From Escherichia phage 1-6af: a stretch of DNA of 64,000 nucleotides. Made by a program: the position numbers and the translations under genes. Positions 18,527 through 30,890 of this stretch are shown here, piece after piece; position 1 is the stretch's first letter; each line of letters starts with the position of its first letter. The stretch is from the sequence record OR983333.1; one strand, written 5' to 3'. The notes below the pieces were generated by a model. It saw nothing but the letters and a program-made list of their open reading frames with translations. It did no database searches and had not been told where the DNA came from.

Positions 18527-20182
18527 ATGCAACAGACAACTTACGCTCAGGTTAGAAGTCGTGACCCGAGAAATACTTTCTATGGTGTTAATCCAGGAGC
18601 GGCTTCGGCCTCTCCTTATATGGCTAGACCGACTCAGACAGCAGACATTTCTATGTACCAACGTCCTGCTGTACCTTCATCTCTTGCGGGTCTTGTCTCT
18701 CAGGCAGAAGAAGATCAGAATGCTATGATTAATCCGGGATTCCAGCAACGTCTTATGGAACAGCAGAATCAAGGAACCCCTACCAGTCTTCAGGGTATTG
18801 ATATTGGAGCACCAGCCCCTGTAGCGGCTAATCCTAACCTATCCACTGATCAAGGTTTACAAGATGCAGGGCTTATGCCTAGTGACCCTCTTCCGGTAAC
18901 ACCTCCCCCTAAACCACTAGAAGCTGGTCCTATGGAGTTTACTCCTTCTCAGGTGGAACAGGCACAAGGTGTGATTAACACTCTTGCTCAAGGACAAGAC
19001 ACTGGTGATGGAATGGCTGCTGCTACTCGTGCTAAAGATCAGGAACGTGTTAACAATGATATCTTGCAAGTTGCTAAAGCTAAAGACCCTTCAGAAGCTT
19101 GGAACAAACTACAGAAAGAACCGTTCTATCAGAACTCTAGTTTCTACACAGGTTTGATGGGTGTAGGTCTTTCAATCATGTCAGGTAAGTCTCCTATCGA
19201 AGCTTTCCAGATTGGTCAGGGAATGGCTAATCAAGATGAGACTAAGAAGCAACTGGAAGCTAACCGTGATGCCCTGATTGAACAAGGTTTCTCTCAAGAC
19301 TCGATCGCAGCTGCTATTGCTAACGGAGACCCTTCTCTGCTGAAGATGAAAGCTGTAGACCCTGCTCAGAAAGAAGCGTTGTATGCTGCTCGTGAAGAAC
19401 GACAGAATGCTGAATGGGATAGACGTCAACAGATTCAAGAGCAGACTATGCGTGAGCGTGCTGAGGAAACTCGTCGAGCCGCTGAAGAAAGAGCTAATAT
19501 GAACTTTGAACGTCAGAAAGAGTTGATTGGGTATCGTGATAAAGTTAAGGCTGAACGTGCTGAACAAGCTGCTCAGAGTTTTAACTTTAACCCGAAAGAA
19601 GTTCGTCTTGCTCAGAATACAGCTGAAGGTACGGTTGCTAAGCAGTGGGCAGAGAAAGGTGGTCTGTTTAACCAGTCTAACAAAGACTTGGATTTGGCTG
19701 ATAAGGCTGTTAAGGATAAAGACTATCAGACAGCTCGTTCTGCTTACATGCAGGCTATCATGAACTCCGCAAGGGCTGAAATCGGTGCTACTCGTTCTCT
19801 TACCGAAGAAGATTTGGGGCACTTTGCAGAAGACCCATCAATCTTCATTCGTGTTGGCAACAAGTTTGCACTTAAATCTGGATGGCGTCCTACTGATTCT
19901 GCTCTTGCTTATGCTCGTAAGCAAGCTAACGTTGGTCACACCTCTGCAATGAAAGGTGTTGCTGATGCTAAGAGAGCTACGATTGAAGCTTACATCGGTT
20001 CTGGTATGGATAAGAAGAGAGCTACTGCATTGGTTAACCGTGCAATCCCTTCTGGCGGTTTCTACGATCCTCTAGGTGTTTTCTCTGAACAAGCGGAAGA
20101 AGCAGTTGGTGGTGCAGCAACCAATCCTAAGCTTAATGGTGCTTTATCAGCTGTCGAAGACACTAGCTGGTTCACGCAATAA
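18527..20182 (+). CDS. internal virion protein (551 aa)
   Basis: Position; Pro/Gln-rich N-terminus, charged helical C-terminus. Confidence 0.45.
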   Translation: MQQTTYAQVRSRDPRNTFYGVNPGAASASPYMARPTQTADISMYQRPAVPSSLAGLVSQAEEDQNAMINPGFQQRLMEQQNQGTPTSLQGIDIGAPAPVAANPNLSTDQGLQDAGLMPSDPLPVTPPPKPLEAGPMEFTPSQVEQAQGVINTLAQGQDTGDGMAAATRAKDQERVNNDILQVAKAKDPSEAWNKLQKEPFYQNSSFYTGLMGVGLSIMSGKSPIEAFQIGQGMANQDETKKQLEANRDALIEQGFSQDSIAAAIANGDPSLLKMKAVDPAQKEALYAAREERQNAEWDRRQQIQEQTMRERAEETRRAAEERANMNFERQKELIGYRDKVKAERAEQAAQSFNFNPKEVRLAQNTAEGTVAKQWAEKGGLFNQSNKDLDLADKAVKDKDYQTARSAYMQAIMNSARAEIGATRSLTEEDLGHFAEDPSIFIRVGNKFALKSGWRPTDSALAYARKQANVGHTSAMKGVADAKRATIEAYIGSGMDKKRATALVNRAIPSGGFYDPLGVFSEQAEEAVGGAATNPKLNGALSAVEDTSWFTQ

Positions 20183-20202
20183 GACCTAAGTCCTGCCTTC
20201 TA

Positions 20203-20211
20203 TAATGTATA
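20203..20211 (+). promoter_or_regulatory. TAATGTATA promoter-like motif (preceded by TAAGACCTA, 14 nt spacer)
   Basis: Same bipartite element as at 3869-3899; 39 nt upstream of ATG 20250. Confidence 0.5.
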
Positions 20212-20249
20212 TAGGGGGTAGGACATTTTTATTTATAAAAGGAGACGTT

Positions 20250-23200
20250 ATGGCTAACATTAAACCGTGGGAAGAAGCTTCCAAAGCTCCTGCGTATCTG
20301 AATGCCTCTCCGGAGCAACAAGCTCAAATGAGAGAACAATATAAGGCAGCAGGTGGCTCTATTCCTGAGGAACAACCAGTAGCACAACCACAACAAGAAG
20401 AACGTGGTGCTATAGGTGAGTTTGCTCAAGGTGTGTCAAATGCTCTTCAATCTGGTGGTGCAAATATTGCAGCTAGTGCTGCTAAAGGTATTGGTGGTTT
20501 AGTTGAGATTGGTGAGAATCTAGCTGGAGCACAAACTAGTTATGGTAAGCGTATCCAAGAGAACTCTCAGAACCTTCTGAAAGAACGTATGGATAAGATT
20601 GAGGATGGGATTGGTAAAACTGTTGGTCAGTATGCTGGCGTTGCTGGTGATATTGGTATGACTGTTGCTAACCCATTGGCTGCTGCTGCTATCATCGCAG
20701 GTCGTGAGACAGGTCGTGCATATGCAGACCAAACCCCTGAAGAGGGAGAAGATAAATCTATTCTAGATGCGGCCTTAGTTGGTGGTGCTAACTATGCGGC
20801 TCAGAGAATTCTTCCGGGCGCTGTTGGTACAGCTGAGTCCACACTTGGACGTATCGGTCAGAACGTTGCTAGTAACGCAGTGGCTGGTGCTAAAGGTGGC
20901 GCTCTTGTAGGTGCTGCTGAAGCTCAGAACAAGCATGGAGATGATACAACCTTTGCTAATGTATTAGAGGGTGCTATCGAAGAAGGTGCTATGGGTGCTG
21001 CATTTGGTGGTGCAGTTGGTGGGGTTCATGGTTTGATTAGCCGTCCAGACTCTGCTGTCTTCAAGAATACTCCAGAGTATGCGAAGACTGATATTGCTGC
21101 TGATGACGAACTAATTCGCAGTGCTAAGAATATTGATGAATTGAAAGAAGCCTACTCTAAAGCTGAAACTGCTAACGCTGCTTCTGCTCTGAATCTTCTG
21201 GATGAGAATGGATTCCGTATTACAGATGCTGTTGCTGTAGATTCTCCTGCTGCTCAGCGTATCCTCAATACTGACCAAGCTCGCGCTGAGAAAGCTGCTT
21301 CCGTTCAGAAAGAACATTCCAACATTCCGGGCCTTAACCCTTTAGCTTCTCCTGCTAAAACTCGTGGTAAAGCATTCGCTGATAACGAGCACAACCAGAA
21401 GCAGGCTGTTGCTATGAAGGATGCAATGGCTGATTATACCAAAGACAACACGAAAGCTCTTACAGATGTTCTAGATAATCTAGACCGTGAATTAACATCT
21501 CTCCGAGCTTCTGGTGATTTTACTGGTAGTCCGATTGATATTAAGAATCGTACACAAGCTGACCGTGATTTCATTGATGCTTACAAGACTTTCTACAATG
21601 AAGCAAATCGATTCAAAGCTCGTGATGGTGAAGACTTTAATAACTTTGTAGAGAAAGCTGCTGAACTACAGAAGATGGCTGATAATGTTTCTCCAGAGAT
21701 GAAGAAAGCTATCGGTGGGTTGAAGAAACTGAAAGGTATGCCTGAAGGTTTTAATCCTATCCAAGATGCTTACACTCTGAACAATACAGCTAAGTTCATG
21801 AGCAATCAAGACCGTGGTTGGACTTCCCTGACTGATGATGGATTCCGTGAGGCTTCTTCACCTAGTCTGGTAATGAATACTCTCGGTGCTGCTAAGTATG
21901 CTCTGAATCGCTTCTCTTCTCAGCGTGCTCGCTCTCAACGTGTTAAGCAACAAGAATCTAACAGTGAAGCTATCCGCTCTCTTGCTCGTGGTGATTTGGA
22001 AGTTGCTCGTGCTAAATCTACTGCTGATGAAGCTCGTGCTAAGATGGAAGAAGAACCAGTTGTTGATGACATTAAATTTAAGACGCAAAATGACGTGGAA
22101 ACCGAACCGGTTCGGGAGTCTTCTTCTAGTACTGTGACAGAAGAAAATCCTCCTTCTTCTGCTCCTCAAGAAACTCCTCTTACAGCTCGTGATTTAGTTG
22201 CTCAAAGACGTGCTATCCGTCAGGCTGAACAGCGTCGTGCTGAAGAAGAGGCGTTGGCTGCTCAAGAAGCTCCGGTCGAACAAGCTCCACAGGCTGAACC
22301 TCTCCCTGCTCGCAACCCTTTAGAGGAGCGTCGTGCAATGGAACAGCAACGTGCTCAAGAAGAGGCCGCACAAGCTCCAGAACCAACCGTAGAGGAACCA
22401 ACAGTCAAAGCTGAGCCATTACCTGCCCGTGCTCCTAAAGCTCCTAAGGAGGCTGTACAGGATGTTAAACCGGCAAGTGGTGTAGAACGTTTAGCTGCTA
22501 TGTCTAGTGCTGCCCGTCAGGCTACTAAAGATCGTGCAGAACGTTTTGCTCGTTCTCTGTACTCTAAGGCTGCTAAGGCTAAAGCTACCGCTGAAAACTT
22601 CTTGGCTTATAAAGGTGATCCTAAGGAATTGATGCGTCGTATTCGTCAGGAAGACAATGCTATCAACACTGAACGTCATGAAGAAATGGCTCGTAACCAG
22701 CTGGCTTCACAGCAAGGTATTGCTACTGCTAAGAACAACACTGTACGAACTAATTTTGCTGAATGGGTTAAGGAACGTGGTCTGCCAGAAGACATTGCTA
22801 CTAAGGCATTACGTGCTGAAGAGAAAGGTTTAGGTGGGAACGTTACTAACTTGGATAGTCTGAAACGTCGTGCTGAAAGGTTGTATCAGAAGCAGCGTGA
22901 AGATGAGTTTGATAGATTGTATCAACAAGCTCTAGAAGAGAACAAAGCTTTCGATAATAAGAATGCTCCTAAACTGGTTGACCAGAAGAAAGAGCTTCAG
23001 TCTGAGATTGATGCTTTGATTGATTCAGAACCTTTACGTCCTGCTCAGAAAGATGCTATGCGCAAGTTGATGAATGACTTTGTAGATGGAAAGTTTAAAT
23101 CTTCAGAGAAAGCTGGTAGGGAAGAGGCTTTGGAAGTTGGTCAGATGAAGGATATTTGGGATGGGTTTATTAACACCTATAACAGAGAAGTGAATGCCTT

Positions 23201-24671
23201 CAACAAAGCCAACAAGAACTCTCAATACGAAGCTGCTGCTAAGCATTTACAGGCTCGTGAAGAACGTCTTGCTACCCTCAGGAAAAAGGCTCAGGCTCGT
23301 TCGGATGCTAAAGCTGCTGTTGAGAATGAACGTAAAACCCTAGAGGCTATTGCAGCTCAGAAGAGTGAGATTGAGAAGATGATGGAAGGTTTACCTAAAC
23401 CTGTTCGTGAGGCTCAGGAATCTCGTACATTGAAACAGTTGGCTGCTCACCACGATAAGAACTCTCCGGTTCCTCCAGAGAAGTTCCGTAGTTATATTGA
23501 ACGTATTCACAACGCCGAGTCAGATTACCTTGATCGTCAGCGTCGTTTAACTGATGCAGAGGAAGATGCTCGTCAGGCTAAGTGGAATAAGATGTATGAG
23601 CAAGCGGAAGAGATGAACCGTAAGTTTGATGTGGACAAGAGAGTTAAGCGCAGTGAAGAGCTTAAAGCGGCCCAAGAGCGAGAGAATGACCTTATGGCAG
23701 TACAACGTCAACGTGATGACATTCATCGCCGTCTGATGCGTACTATGGAAGATAAGGGCATATCTAGAGAGGATGCTGAAGCGTTTGCTGGTTCCTACAT
23801 GGATAACCGTTATGCACTTCTCGAGAAGCCTATGACTCCAACTGAACATCAGAATGCTCGCTCTCGTATTGAGGCTGATGTTGAGAAGTTCGCTAAGAAG
23901 TACGAATCAATGACTCCTATCGAGAAAGAGATTGTTAAGGTTACTGGGGATACTGAAGGTAAGCTTGATAACTTGGATGCTGATACTAGGAAGGCTATTG
24001 AGGAGGCTCAGAAGGTTGACTCTGATATTAAGAAACTGCAAGAGGAAGAGTTGGAGATGGAGAAGATTCGTTCTGCTCTGCCTGACGATGAAAGATCTCA
24101 AGCAAATTCTGATATCTTGGAAAGCATTAAACAACAGGAAGAGGTCTTTGCTGATAAAGTAGAGAAAGCTTTCTTGAGTGGTAAAAGCTTGGATGAGTTG
24201 GCTAGTGTGGCTGAAGTTTTAGACAGGGTTCATGGTGCAGATAAGGCTGGTAACAACCGTCGCTTTGTACGTGCATTGCAGACTGCTGCTGAAAACAAGA
24301 AGAAGTATGGTGATAATCCAGTAGCTTGGTTTAGTGCTGATGATTATTCTGCTATTGCTAAACTTGGTGCTTCTTCCGCAGGTGGTAACAAATCCAGAGC
24401 ACTGGAGAAGATCTTTGGTTCTACAGCTGAACAGGCTAAGAGTAAGTTGCTTGGTAGGGATGATGTAGCGAAGATGAGACGTGTAATTGAAGAGAACCCT
24501 GATATTAAGATTCCTTCTTACAAGACAACGAACCGTACTGAGTACTTGAAGTTCTTGGAGAAGTTTAATGACGAAGGGAAGCCGAAGATTAAACGTGGCT
24601 CATTGTCAGAGAAGCTTGAACGCAGTAAGCGTCAATCGAGACTCCGTGTAAGAGTTCGACCTAAGGAGTGA
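20250..24671 (+). CDS. very large internal virion / ejection protein (1474 aa), start revised to ATG 20250
   Basis: RBS aaaggaga before ATG 20250; Gly/Ala-rich N-terminal region then long charged coiled-coil. Confidence 0.55.
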   Translation: MANIKPWEEASKAPAYLNASPEQQAQMREQYKAAGGSIPEEQPVAQPQQEERGAIGEFAQGVSNALQSGGANIAASAAKGIGGLVEIGENLAGAQTSYGKRIQENSQNLLKERMDKIEDGIGKTVGQYAGVAGDIGMTVANPLAAAAIIAGRETGRAYADQTPEEGEDKSILDAALVGGANYAAQRILPGAVGTAESTLGRIGQNVASNAVAGAKGGALVGAAEAQNKHGDDTTFANVLEGAIEEGAMGAAFGGAVGGVHGLISRPDSAVFKNTPEYAKTDIAADDELIRSAKNIDELKEAYSKAETANAASALNLLDENGFRITDAVAVDSPAAQRILNTDQARAEKAASVQKEHSNIPGLNPLASPAKTRGKAFADNEHNQKQAVAMKDAMADYTKDNTKALTDVLDNLDRELTSLRASGDFTGSPIDIKNRTQADRDFIDAYKTFYNEANRFKARDGEDFNNFVEKAAELQKMADNVSPEMKKAIGGLKKLKGMPEGFNPIQDAYTLNNTAKFMSNQDRGWTSLTDDGFREASSPSLVMNTLGAAKYALNRFSSQRARSQRVKQQESNSEAIRSLARGDLEVARAKSTADEARAKMEEEPVVDDIKFKTQNDVETEPVRESSSSTVTEENPPSSAPQETPLTARDLVAQRRAIRQAEQRRAEEEALAAQEAPVEQAPQAEPLPARNPLEERRAMEQQRAQEEAAQAPEPTVEEPTVKAEPLPARAPKAPKEAVQDVKPASGVERLAAMSSAARQATKDRAERFARSLYSKAAKAKATAENFLAYKGDPKELMRRIRQEDNAINTERHEEMARNQLASQQGIATAKNNTVRTNFAEWVKERGLPEDIATKALRAEEKGLGGNVTNLDSLKRRAERLYQKQREDEFDRLYQQALEENKAFDNKNAPKLVDQKKELQSEIDALIDSEPLRPAQKDAMRKLMNDFVDGKFKSSEKAGREEALEVGQMKDIWDGFINTYNREVNAFNKANKNSQYEAAAKHLQAREERLATLRKKAQARSDAKAAVENERKTLEAIAAQKSEIEKMMEGLPKPVREAQESRTLKQLAAHHDKNSPVPPEKFRSYIERIHNAESDYLDRQRRLTDAEEDARQAKWNKMYEQAEEMNRKFDVDKRVKRSEELKAAQERENDLMAVQRQRDDIHRRLMRTMEDKGISREDAEAFAGSYMDNRYALLEKPMTPTEHQNARSRIEADVEKFAKKYESMTPIEKEIVKVTGDTEGKLDNLDADTRKAIEEAQKVDSDIKKLQEEELEMEKIRSALPDDERSQANSDILESIKQQEEVFADKVEKAFLSGKSLDELASVAEVLDRVHGADKAGNNRRFVRALQTAAENKKKYGDNPVAWFSADDYSAIAKLGASSAGGNKSRALEKIFGSTAEQAKSKLLGRDDVAKMRRVIEENPDIKIPSYKTTNRTEYLKFLEKFNDEGKPKIKRGSLSEKLERSKRQSRLRVRVRPKE

Positions 24672-24680
24672 TAAAAGAAA

Positions 24681-24719
24681 AGCCCTCAAGGAGAAATCCA
24701 AGAGGGCTTTATTTGTTTC
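24681..24719. terminator. candidate bidirectional terminator at convergence of + and - blocks
   Basis: agccctc / gagggct stem with 14-nt loop; T-rich on both strands; weaker hairpin than the others. Confidence 0.4.
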
Positions 24720-24865
24720 TAAGTTTTAAAAACCATCAAATTCGTCATACATCCCAATTCTCTTCAGAAGTCTGGATGTTCATCTTCAAAGCATCCTGAG
24801 ATGCCTCCGTAGAACCAATCTGATTTACTACCAAGAATAACAACTTCTTCATTCATATAACCCCC

Positions 24866-25026
24866 TAGATTGTGTTTATAAAATTAATAAGCTTCTCTTC
24901 ACTTTCATCAAAAGCTTTTCCAGCTGCTTCCATCTCCCAAGTGTCGGCGTTGTTGATAAAACTCTGAGCTTCTAATAGGTCGTGGATTAAGTCGAAGAGT
25001 TTATTTTTATCTGCTTGTGTGATCAT
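24866..25026 (-). CDS. hypothetical small protein (~53 aa)
   Basis: Short ORF with RBS-like aggaa, below ORF-track cutoff. Confidence 0.2.
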
Positions 25027-25037
25027 GTCAGTTCCTA

Positions 25038-25262
25038 GATTAAATCGTAATACTGAATAATATCAGAGAGTTTGAACTCTCGAATCTCATCTTTCTCTAC
25101 ATCTATTGCTGTCATAATCCAACAAGGTTTGCCACCGTTATGAAAACGGGAGCTAGCAACGGAGGTTCGGAGTGGAATAACGGACCGGTCAGCAACCTCG
25201 CCTCTCCAATTGCGATAGCGAAAGCGAAGCACTTGTTGCGTAGATTTTTGATCATCACTCAT
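25038..25262 (-). CDS. hypothetical protein (75 aa, internal start of ORF 25035..25397)
   Basis: Internal ATG chosen to avoid long overlap with upstream gene. Confidence 0.3.
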
Positions 25263-25656
25263 TTCCTTTTTTGAATTGTTTTCTTGCATCATTCTCTTCT
25301 TTTGTTTTAATCTTATGACAAGGGTCTTTACATAGAACCTGAAAACCTTCTTTCTCACACAGAGCACGAGAGATGATTTCATCCCAAGTTGCTTCATGAT
25401 CTAAGGGAACTATAGGCTCTATGTGGTCAATAGCCATATCCTTTACAGGGTGGTCAGAACCACACATGGCACATTTAAAGTGCATTGCCAGTCTTCCTGT
25501 CTTCGGATTAATCTTCTGCTCTGTCTTGGCGTCTGCTAGTGCATCGAACATGGGCTTCCACTTTCTAGTCAGAGAACGAATCCCTGACTTGATGAAAGAG
25601 TTGTAACGAGCTTCAGTCCACATTCCACTACAGCGAGTCTTCTCAGACTTCGCCAT
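25255..25656 (-). CDS. HNH-family nuclease (endonuclease VII-like), possible junction resolvase
   Basis: CAMCG...IDHIEPI...C..CH zinc/HNH pattern. Confidence 0.45.
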   Translation of the reverse strand: MAKSEKTRCSGMWTEARYNSFIKSGIRSLTRKWKPMFDALADAKTEQKINPKTGRLAMHFKCAMCGSDHPVKDMAIDHIEPIVPLDHEATWDEIISRALCEKEGFQVLCKDPCHKIKTKEENDARKQFKKGNE

Positions 25657-25835
25657 AATCAGCTTCTTCCCAAACTCGTTTGTTTACACGATGACTCACT
25701 TTGCCCTCACGAGGAATACGACCAGTTCGCTGATCAAACAGTTGATGTTTAATCTTTTGATCTTTACGAGATTCACGATTGGATGAGTTTTCATCATATG
25801 AACGATAATCAAATTTACCCATTATAATATCCTTA

Positions 25836-26678
25836 TTACCAAGATTTATCTAACCATGTCCAGTCGAACAGGTCTTCCGGAGCCTGACCAACAAAGAGCA
25901 GCCGAGCATTCTCAAGCATCTTCTCTTCATCTTCAGTATCGAACTTCTTATAGTATTCCATTCGTACTATATGATACATGGTCCACTTATCTGTAACACC
26001 AGCCAACAATTTAGCTGCTGCCTTCTTCCCTATTCCTTGACGTCGAAGCTGAAGCTTACCGCCCCACATAACTTCTTTACGTTCCCCACATCCGGGGATA
26101 TTATCCGTACCATCTCCAATCAACATTTGATAGAAGAAGTTTTGCCATGAGACTAAATCGGATACATAGTGAGGAGGAACTTCTTTCTGTCTTTCTCCAC
26201 AAGCCCAGCGATAATGCCATCCGGGAGTTATCAACAAATCCTTGTCTCTAGTACAGATGATAGTATTCTTATCCCTACGTTGTCTTTCAGCTAGTGCATC
26301 ATCAGCTTCTCTCCCAAAGACCTCAATGTATTCGTACTTGGCTTTAATGTAATCACCAACGTTTTGCCAGTGAAAAGGTCTTTCTCCGGGAGGTCTGTTT
26401 GCCTTGTAGTCTTGCTGCTTAGCAACATCAAAACGGAAGTTACCGCCTTCGCTGAAGTAGAACACAACCTTACTGCAACCTGAGCGAGCAATGATTGTAT
26501 CTATCTTGTACTGAAGTCGTTCAATCATGAAATTGTAATCAACTGGAACACGTCCTGTGTCAAGAAAGGGATGCTCCTGAGTAAGAGCACCCACTTCATA
26601 TCGAAGAACGTCAGCATCCACTATAGCAACTTCAGGGAGCTTAACTTCTTCCATAAATATCATCCTGAGCTTGAGCAA
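25836..26678 (-). CDS. 5'-3' exonuclease / flap endonuclease
   Basis: H3TH-like GIGKKAAAKLL motif; sits with T7-like replication genes. Confidence 0.55.
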   Translation of the reverse strand: MLKLRMIFMEEVKLPEVAIVDADVLRYEVGALTQEHPFLDTGRVPVDYNFMIERLQYKIDTIIARSGCSKVVFYFSEGGNFRFDVAKQQDYKANRPPGERPFHWQNVGDYIKAKYEYIEVFGREADDALAERQRRDKNTIICTRDKDLLITPGWHYRWACGERQKEVPPHYVSDLVSWQNFFYQMLIGDGTDNIPGCGERKEVMWGGKLQLRRQGIGKKAAAKLLAGVTDKWTMYHIVRMEYYKKFDTEDEEKMLENARLLFVGQAPEDLFDWTWLDKSW

Positions 26679-27530
26679 TAATCCAATCTAGATCTGAGAC
26701 TGCTGATTCGATGGTTGAGTCATTAAACAGTAGATATGTTTTTCTCTGTTCGCCTTCAATATATGAACGAGAGTCTCCATCAAAAGAGCAACCATCTCTA
26801 AGAACTTGGACAACTTGGACATGGAAATTCTTTTCTAGTTCTCGTACCTCTGCATCAAAACCTCCGTCAGTAAACACGACAATATCATCCTGACCTAGCC
26901 CTTCTTGTTTGATACTTTTTACAGCAAGATTCCCCATATGATTGTTGCCAAACATAGGTTTTAAGAAGTCTTCACTTGTAGAAATCATCAAATCTCTTAC
27001 AGACTTCCCTCCCCATTCTGGTCTATGTTTTTCTTTCCATTCACGATCTTCATAGCGTGCTAGAAAATTTTCTAGAGGTATTCCTAGTGCAGCAGCAGCT
27101 ACTCTGTACATTGGCTCCTTGAAGGATTTGGTTGAATATCCGTGGTGGTATGAATGGGCATTGACCCAAGCATTGGCTATCGTATCTTTACCACAACCCG
27201 GAGGCCCATTAAGAATTACTACTAAAGGCTTATAGTGGGAATCTCCCACCATATTGGTCAGTGCTGGATTGCCTTGAGATTCCATTTCTAATTGCTCCGT
27301 GTGGTCATGTGAGTAATCTACTGGAGAAGTTTTGTTACCAGTAACTTTAGGTAAAATCGCTCTAGTTGTTTCTACGTATCTACCGCCATCAACATTGATT
27401 TGAAACTCTACAAGTTCATTCTGTAATTCATACCCTGATAAGTTGGATAGCTCCTCCAACTCATCTCTGACGAAATTTAAATGTTTGATTTTAATTGCAA
27501 GAGCTTTCTTTAAAGCTTTTACCTCTTCAT

Positions 27531-27540
<10 letters not shown>
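26641..27540 (-). CDS. P-loop nucleotide/nucleoside kinase-like protein
   Basis: Walker A ILNGPPGCGKDT; specificity unknown. Confidence 0.45.
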
Positions 27541-29026
<1,486 letters not shown>

Positions 29027-29027
<1 letters not shown>

Positions 29028-29287
29028 TATTTTATTCCACGTTCTTTCAGAGCTTCTAACAATCCATTGTGATTGGCAGCACATTCTGTGTACTGGTCCT
29101 GATACCACTCCAATGTAGTGGCTAGTGCTTTTCCTTGAGCACTCTCTAAAAGAGGTAGGTCAACCCTACATTCAGCTTTTAGGTTTGTTGGTAAGGGCAT
29201 TGATTGCCTGCTGTTGTCGCTCATTGAACAAGCTGACATACTCATCACTAGCGCAGACATTATAAAAAACTGGTTTAGTTTTCTCAT
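29027..29287 (-). CDS. o-spanin (Rz1-like outer-membrane lipoprotein)
   Basis: Signal peptide with lipobox-like MSAC, Pro-rich mature region; overlaps i-spanin gene in another frame. Confidence 0.5.
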
Positions 29288-29522
29288 AATGCATCTCTTT
29301 ATAAACGGTTTCCGTGTTCTTCTTCCAGTTAGATAAACCGGTAAGAACTCTCTGAGCAACTTCATCAGCTGCTCTATTTCTTTCAATCTCTAACTCTTGT
29401 TGATGTTTCTCTTTATCCAGATTACTACTGTCTGTTTGGTACTCGTTAAACTTCATACCACCAAAGAACACAAGAGCTGAGAAAACGATAAACCCTAAGT
29501 TATCACTTAATGTGTTTTGCAT
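29172..29522 (-). CDS. i-spanin (Rz-like)
   Basis: N-terminal TM segment then charged coiled-coil; start revised to ATG 29522 after terminator. Confidence 0.5.
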   Translation of the reverse strand: MQNTLSDNLGFIVFSALVFFGGMKFNEYQTDSSNLDKEKHQQELEIERNRAADEVAQRVLTGLSNWKKNTETVYKEMHYEKTKPVFYNVCASDEYVSLFNERQQQAINALTNKPKS

Positions 29523-29534
29523 GTTGTCTCCAAC

Positions 29535-29558
29535 GAAAAAAGCCACCCGGAGGTGGCT
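29535..29558 (-). terminator. rho-independent terminator (minus strand)
   Basis: agccacc-tccg-ggtggct hairpin followed by T6 on minus strand. Confidence 0.6.
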
Positions 29559-29580
29559 AAGCTATAACAAGGAGAGTTAT

Positions 29581-29994
29581 TTATATGAATTTCTGCATAC
29601 CTTTGATACGAGGGTTATCATCACCAACTCTCGATTTACAGTAAGCGATAAAAGATTCAGTATTGAGGTTATCTTTTTGGGAACCCCACTGAAGGTTGTC
29701 TGCTCTATTGTTGCTCGGATTATCATCCAGATGCATAACAACAGCGTTAGGAAAAGGTTTATCACCGTGAAAAGTCTCACACACTAAGATATGAATCCTT
29801 TTCTTAAACTTTCTTTTCTTGTTTACAAACACCATTCTTCCATCTTTCTCTCTATATCCGCTATATGGTTTTCCTACGAAAAGCCTAACTCCACCATTAT
29901 TCATTATGGCTGTGAAAGGCTTAATCTTAACTCTACCAAAAGATGATACGGAAAGGAAATCATAATAGGGATGATCTTTCCAGACTTCTTCCAC
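29581..29994 (-). CDS. HNH homing endonuclease
   Basis: HGDKPFPNAVVMHLDDNPSNNRADNLQWGSQKDN HNH_3-type motif. Confidence 0.7.
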   Translation of the reverse strand: MEEVWKDHPYYDFLSVSSFGRVKIKPFTAIMNNGGVRLFVGKPYSGYREKDGRMVFVNKKRKFKKRIHILVCETFHGDKPFPNAVVMHLDDNPSNNRADNLQWGSQKDNLNTESFIAYCKSRVGDDNPRIKGMQKFI

Positions 29995-30003
29995 TATTTA
30001 TCC

Positions 30004-30750
30004 TCAAAATGGGCTATCGTTGTCGTCTTCATAAGTAGAAGCAGGCTCTTTATCAATCGTAGGGATTGAAGGAGTAGCTTCTTTCTGATCTGTTTCAGAA
30101 GCACGAGTAATTTCACGACCAGCCAGAGGCATGTTCTTAGCGTCATTAGCTTGAGTAAGCAGGTTGCGCTGGAACGGGAACATCAGTTGATAGGATGCTA
30201 CGTTCTCATCGGTTTCAGCATACGGTTCGAAGAATACCAGAGGACTACGAGCTTCACCAACTGCTGCACGATATTTGGTTGGGATTGGAGAAATGGTCTT
30301 GATGGAGTTTTTAACTTCACCAGCTTTGTTAGTGTAAGAGTTAACCAGAATGTTAACAGGCTGACCTAACAGAACATCCTTGAACCAAGACAGATCACCT
30401 TTCAGTGCTTGAATACTTGGGTCAATCATCTTGCAAAGATCAAGAATACCAGAGTTCTTAGCTCGTGGGTTTACATCATAGCTCTTGAACTGGCAAGCCG
30501 GACGTGGTTCTAATGCCTTACCATCGGAATCTTTACCAGTAGCATCAACACCAATCAGCTCGAAAGCTAAATCCATACGGAAAGCCGGATTCTTAGGAGT
30601 TACTGCTTTGGTCTTCGGGTCAATCCAAGGGTCACGATTGTGAACACCCAAACCTACTACACGAACGATACGTGCTTCGTACTCACCATCAGGGATTACA
30701 TCGTAGTTGGATTTACGGGAAGAAGTTGCGATAGTTGGAATCATAGACAT
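30004..30750 (-). CDS. single-stranded DNA-binding protein (T7 gp2.5-like)
   Basis: Acidic C-terminal tail ending ...YEDDNDSPF with terminal Phe; in replication block; large upstream promoter region. Confidence 0.5.
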   Translation of the reverse strand: MSMIPTIATSSRKSNYDVIPDGEYEARIVRVVGLGVHNRDPWIDPKTKAVTPKNPAFRMDLAFELIGVDATGKDSDGKALEPRPACQFKSYDVNPRAKNSGILDLCKMIDPSIQALKGDLSWFKDVLLGQPVNILVNSYTNKAGEVKNSIKTISPIPTKYRAAVGEARSPLVFFEPYAETDENVASYQLMFPFQRNLLTQANDAKNMPLAGREITRASETDQKEATPSIPTIDKEPASTYEDDNDSPF

Positions 30751-30809
30751 ATTTTAATTTCCTTATTTAATTTGAAAGATTGTTGCTCTCTTTGAGCGGT
30801 TATGTATAG

Positions 30810-30818
30810 TATACATTA
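30810..30818 (-). promoter_or_regulatory. TAATGTATA promoter-like motif (minus strand), part of palindrome ATGTATAgTATACAT
   Basis: Revcomp of tatacatta; ~60 nt upstream of SSB gene start. Confidence 0.45.
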
Positions 30819-30881
30819 CGCTTATACCGATAAGAGTACTATATAATATAAGTATCTTTGGTAGTAGATATAACACACTAG

Positions 30882-30890
30882 TAATGTATA
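30882..30890 (+). promoter_or_regulatory. TAATGTATA motif on plus strand with no downstream ORF
   Basis: Exact 9-mer; faces a 280-bp AT-rich ORF-free stretch. Confidence 0.3.

Noticed and set aside
20205-20249. Upstream extension of the large virion protein (MYIGGRTFLFIKGDV...)
   Set aside because: It would overlap the TAATGTATA motif; a good RBS precedes the ATG at 20250.
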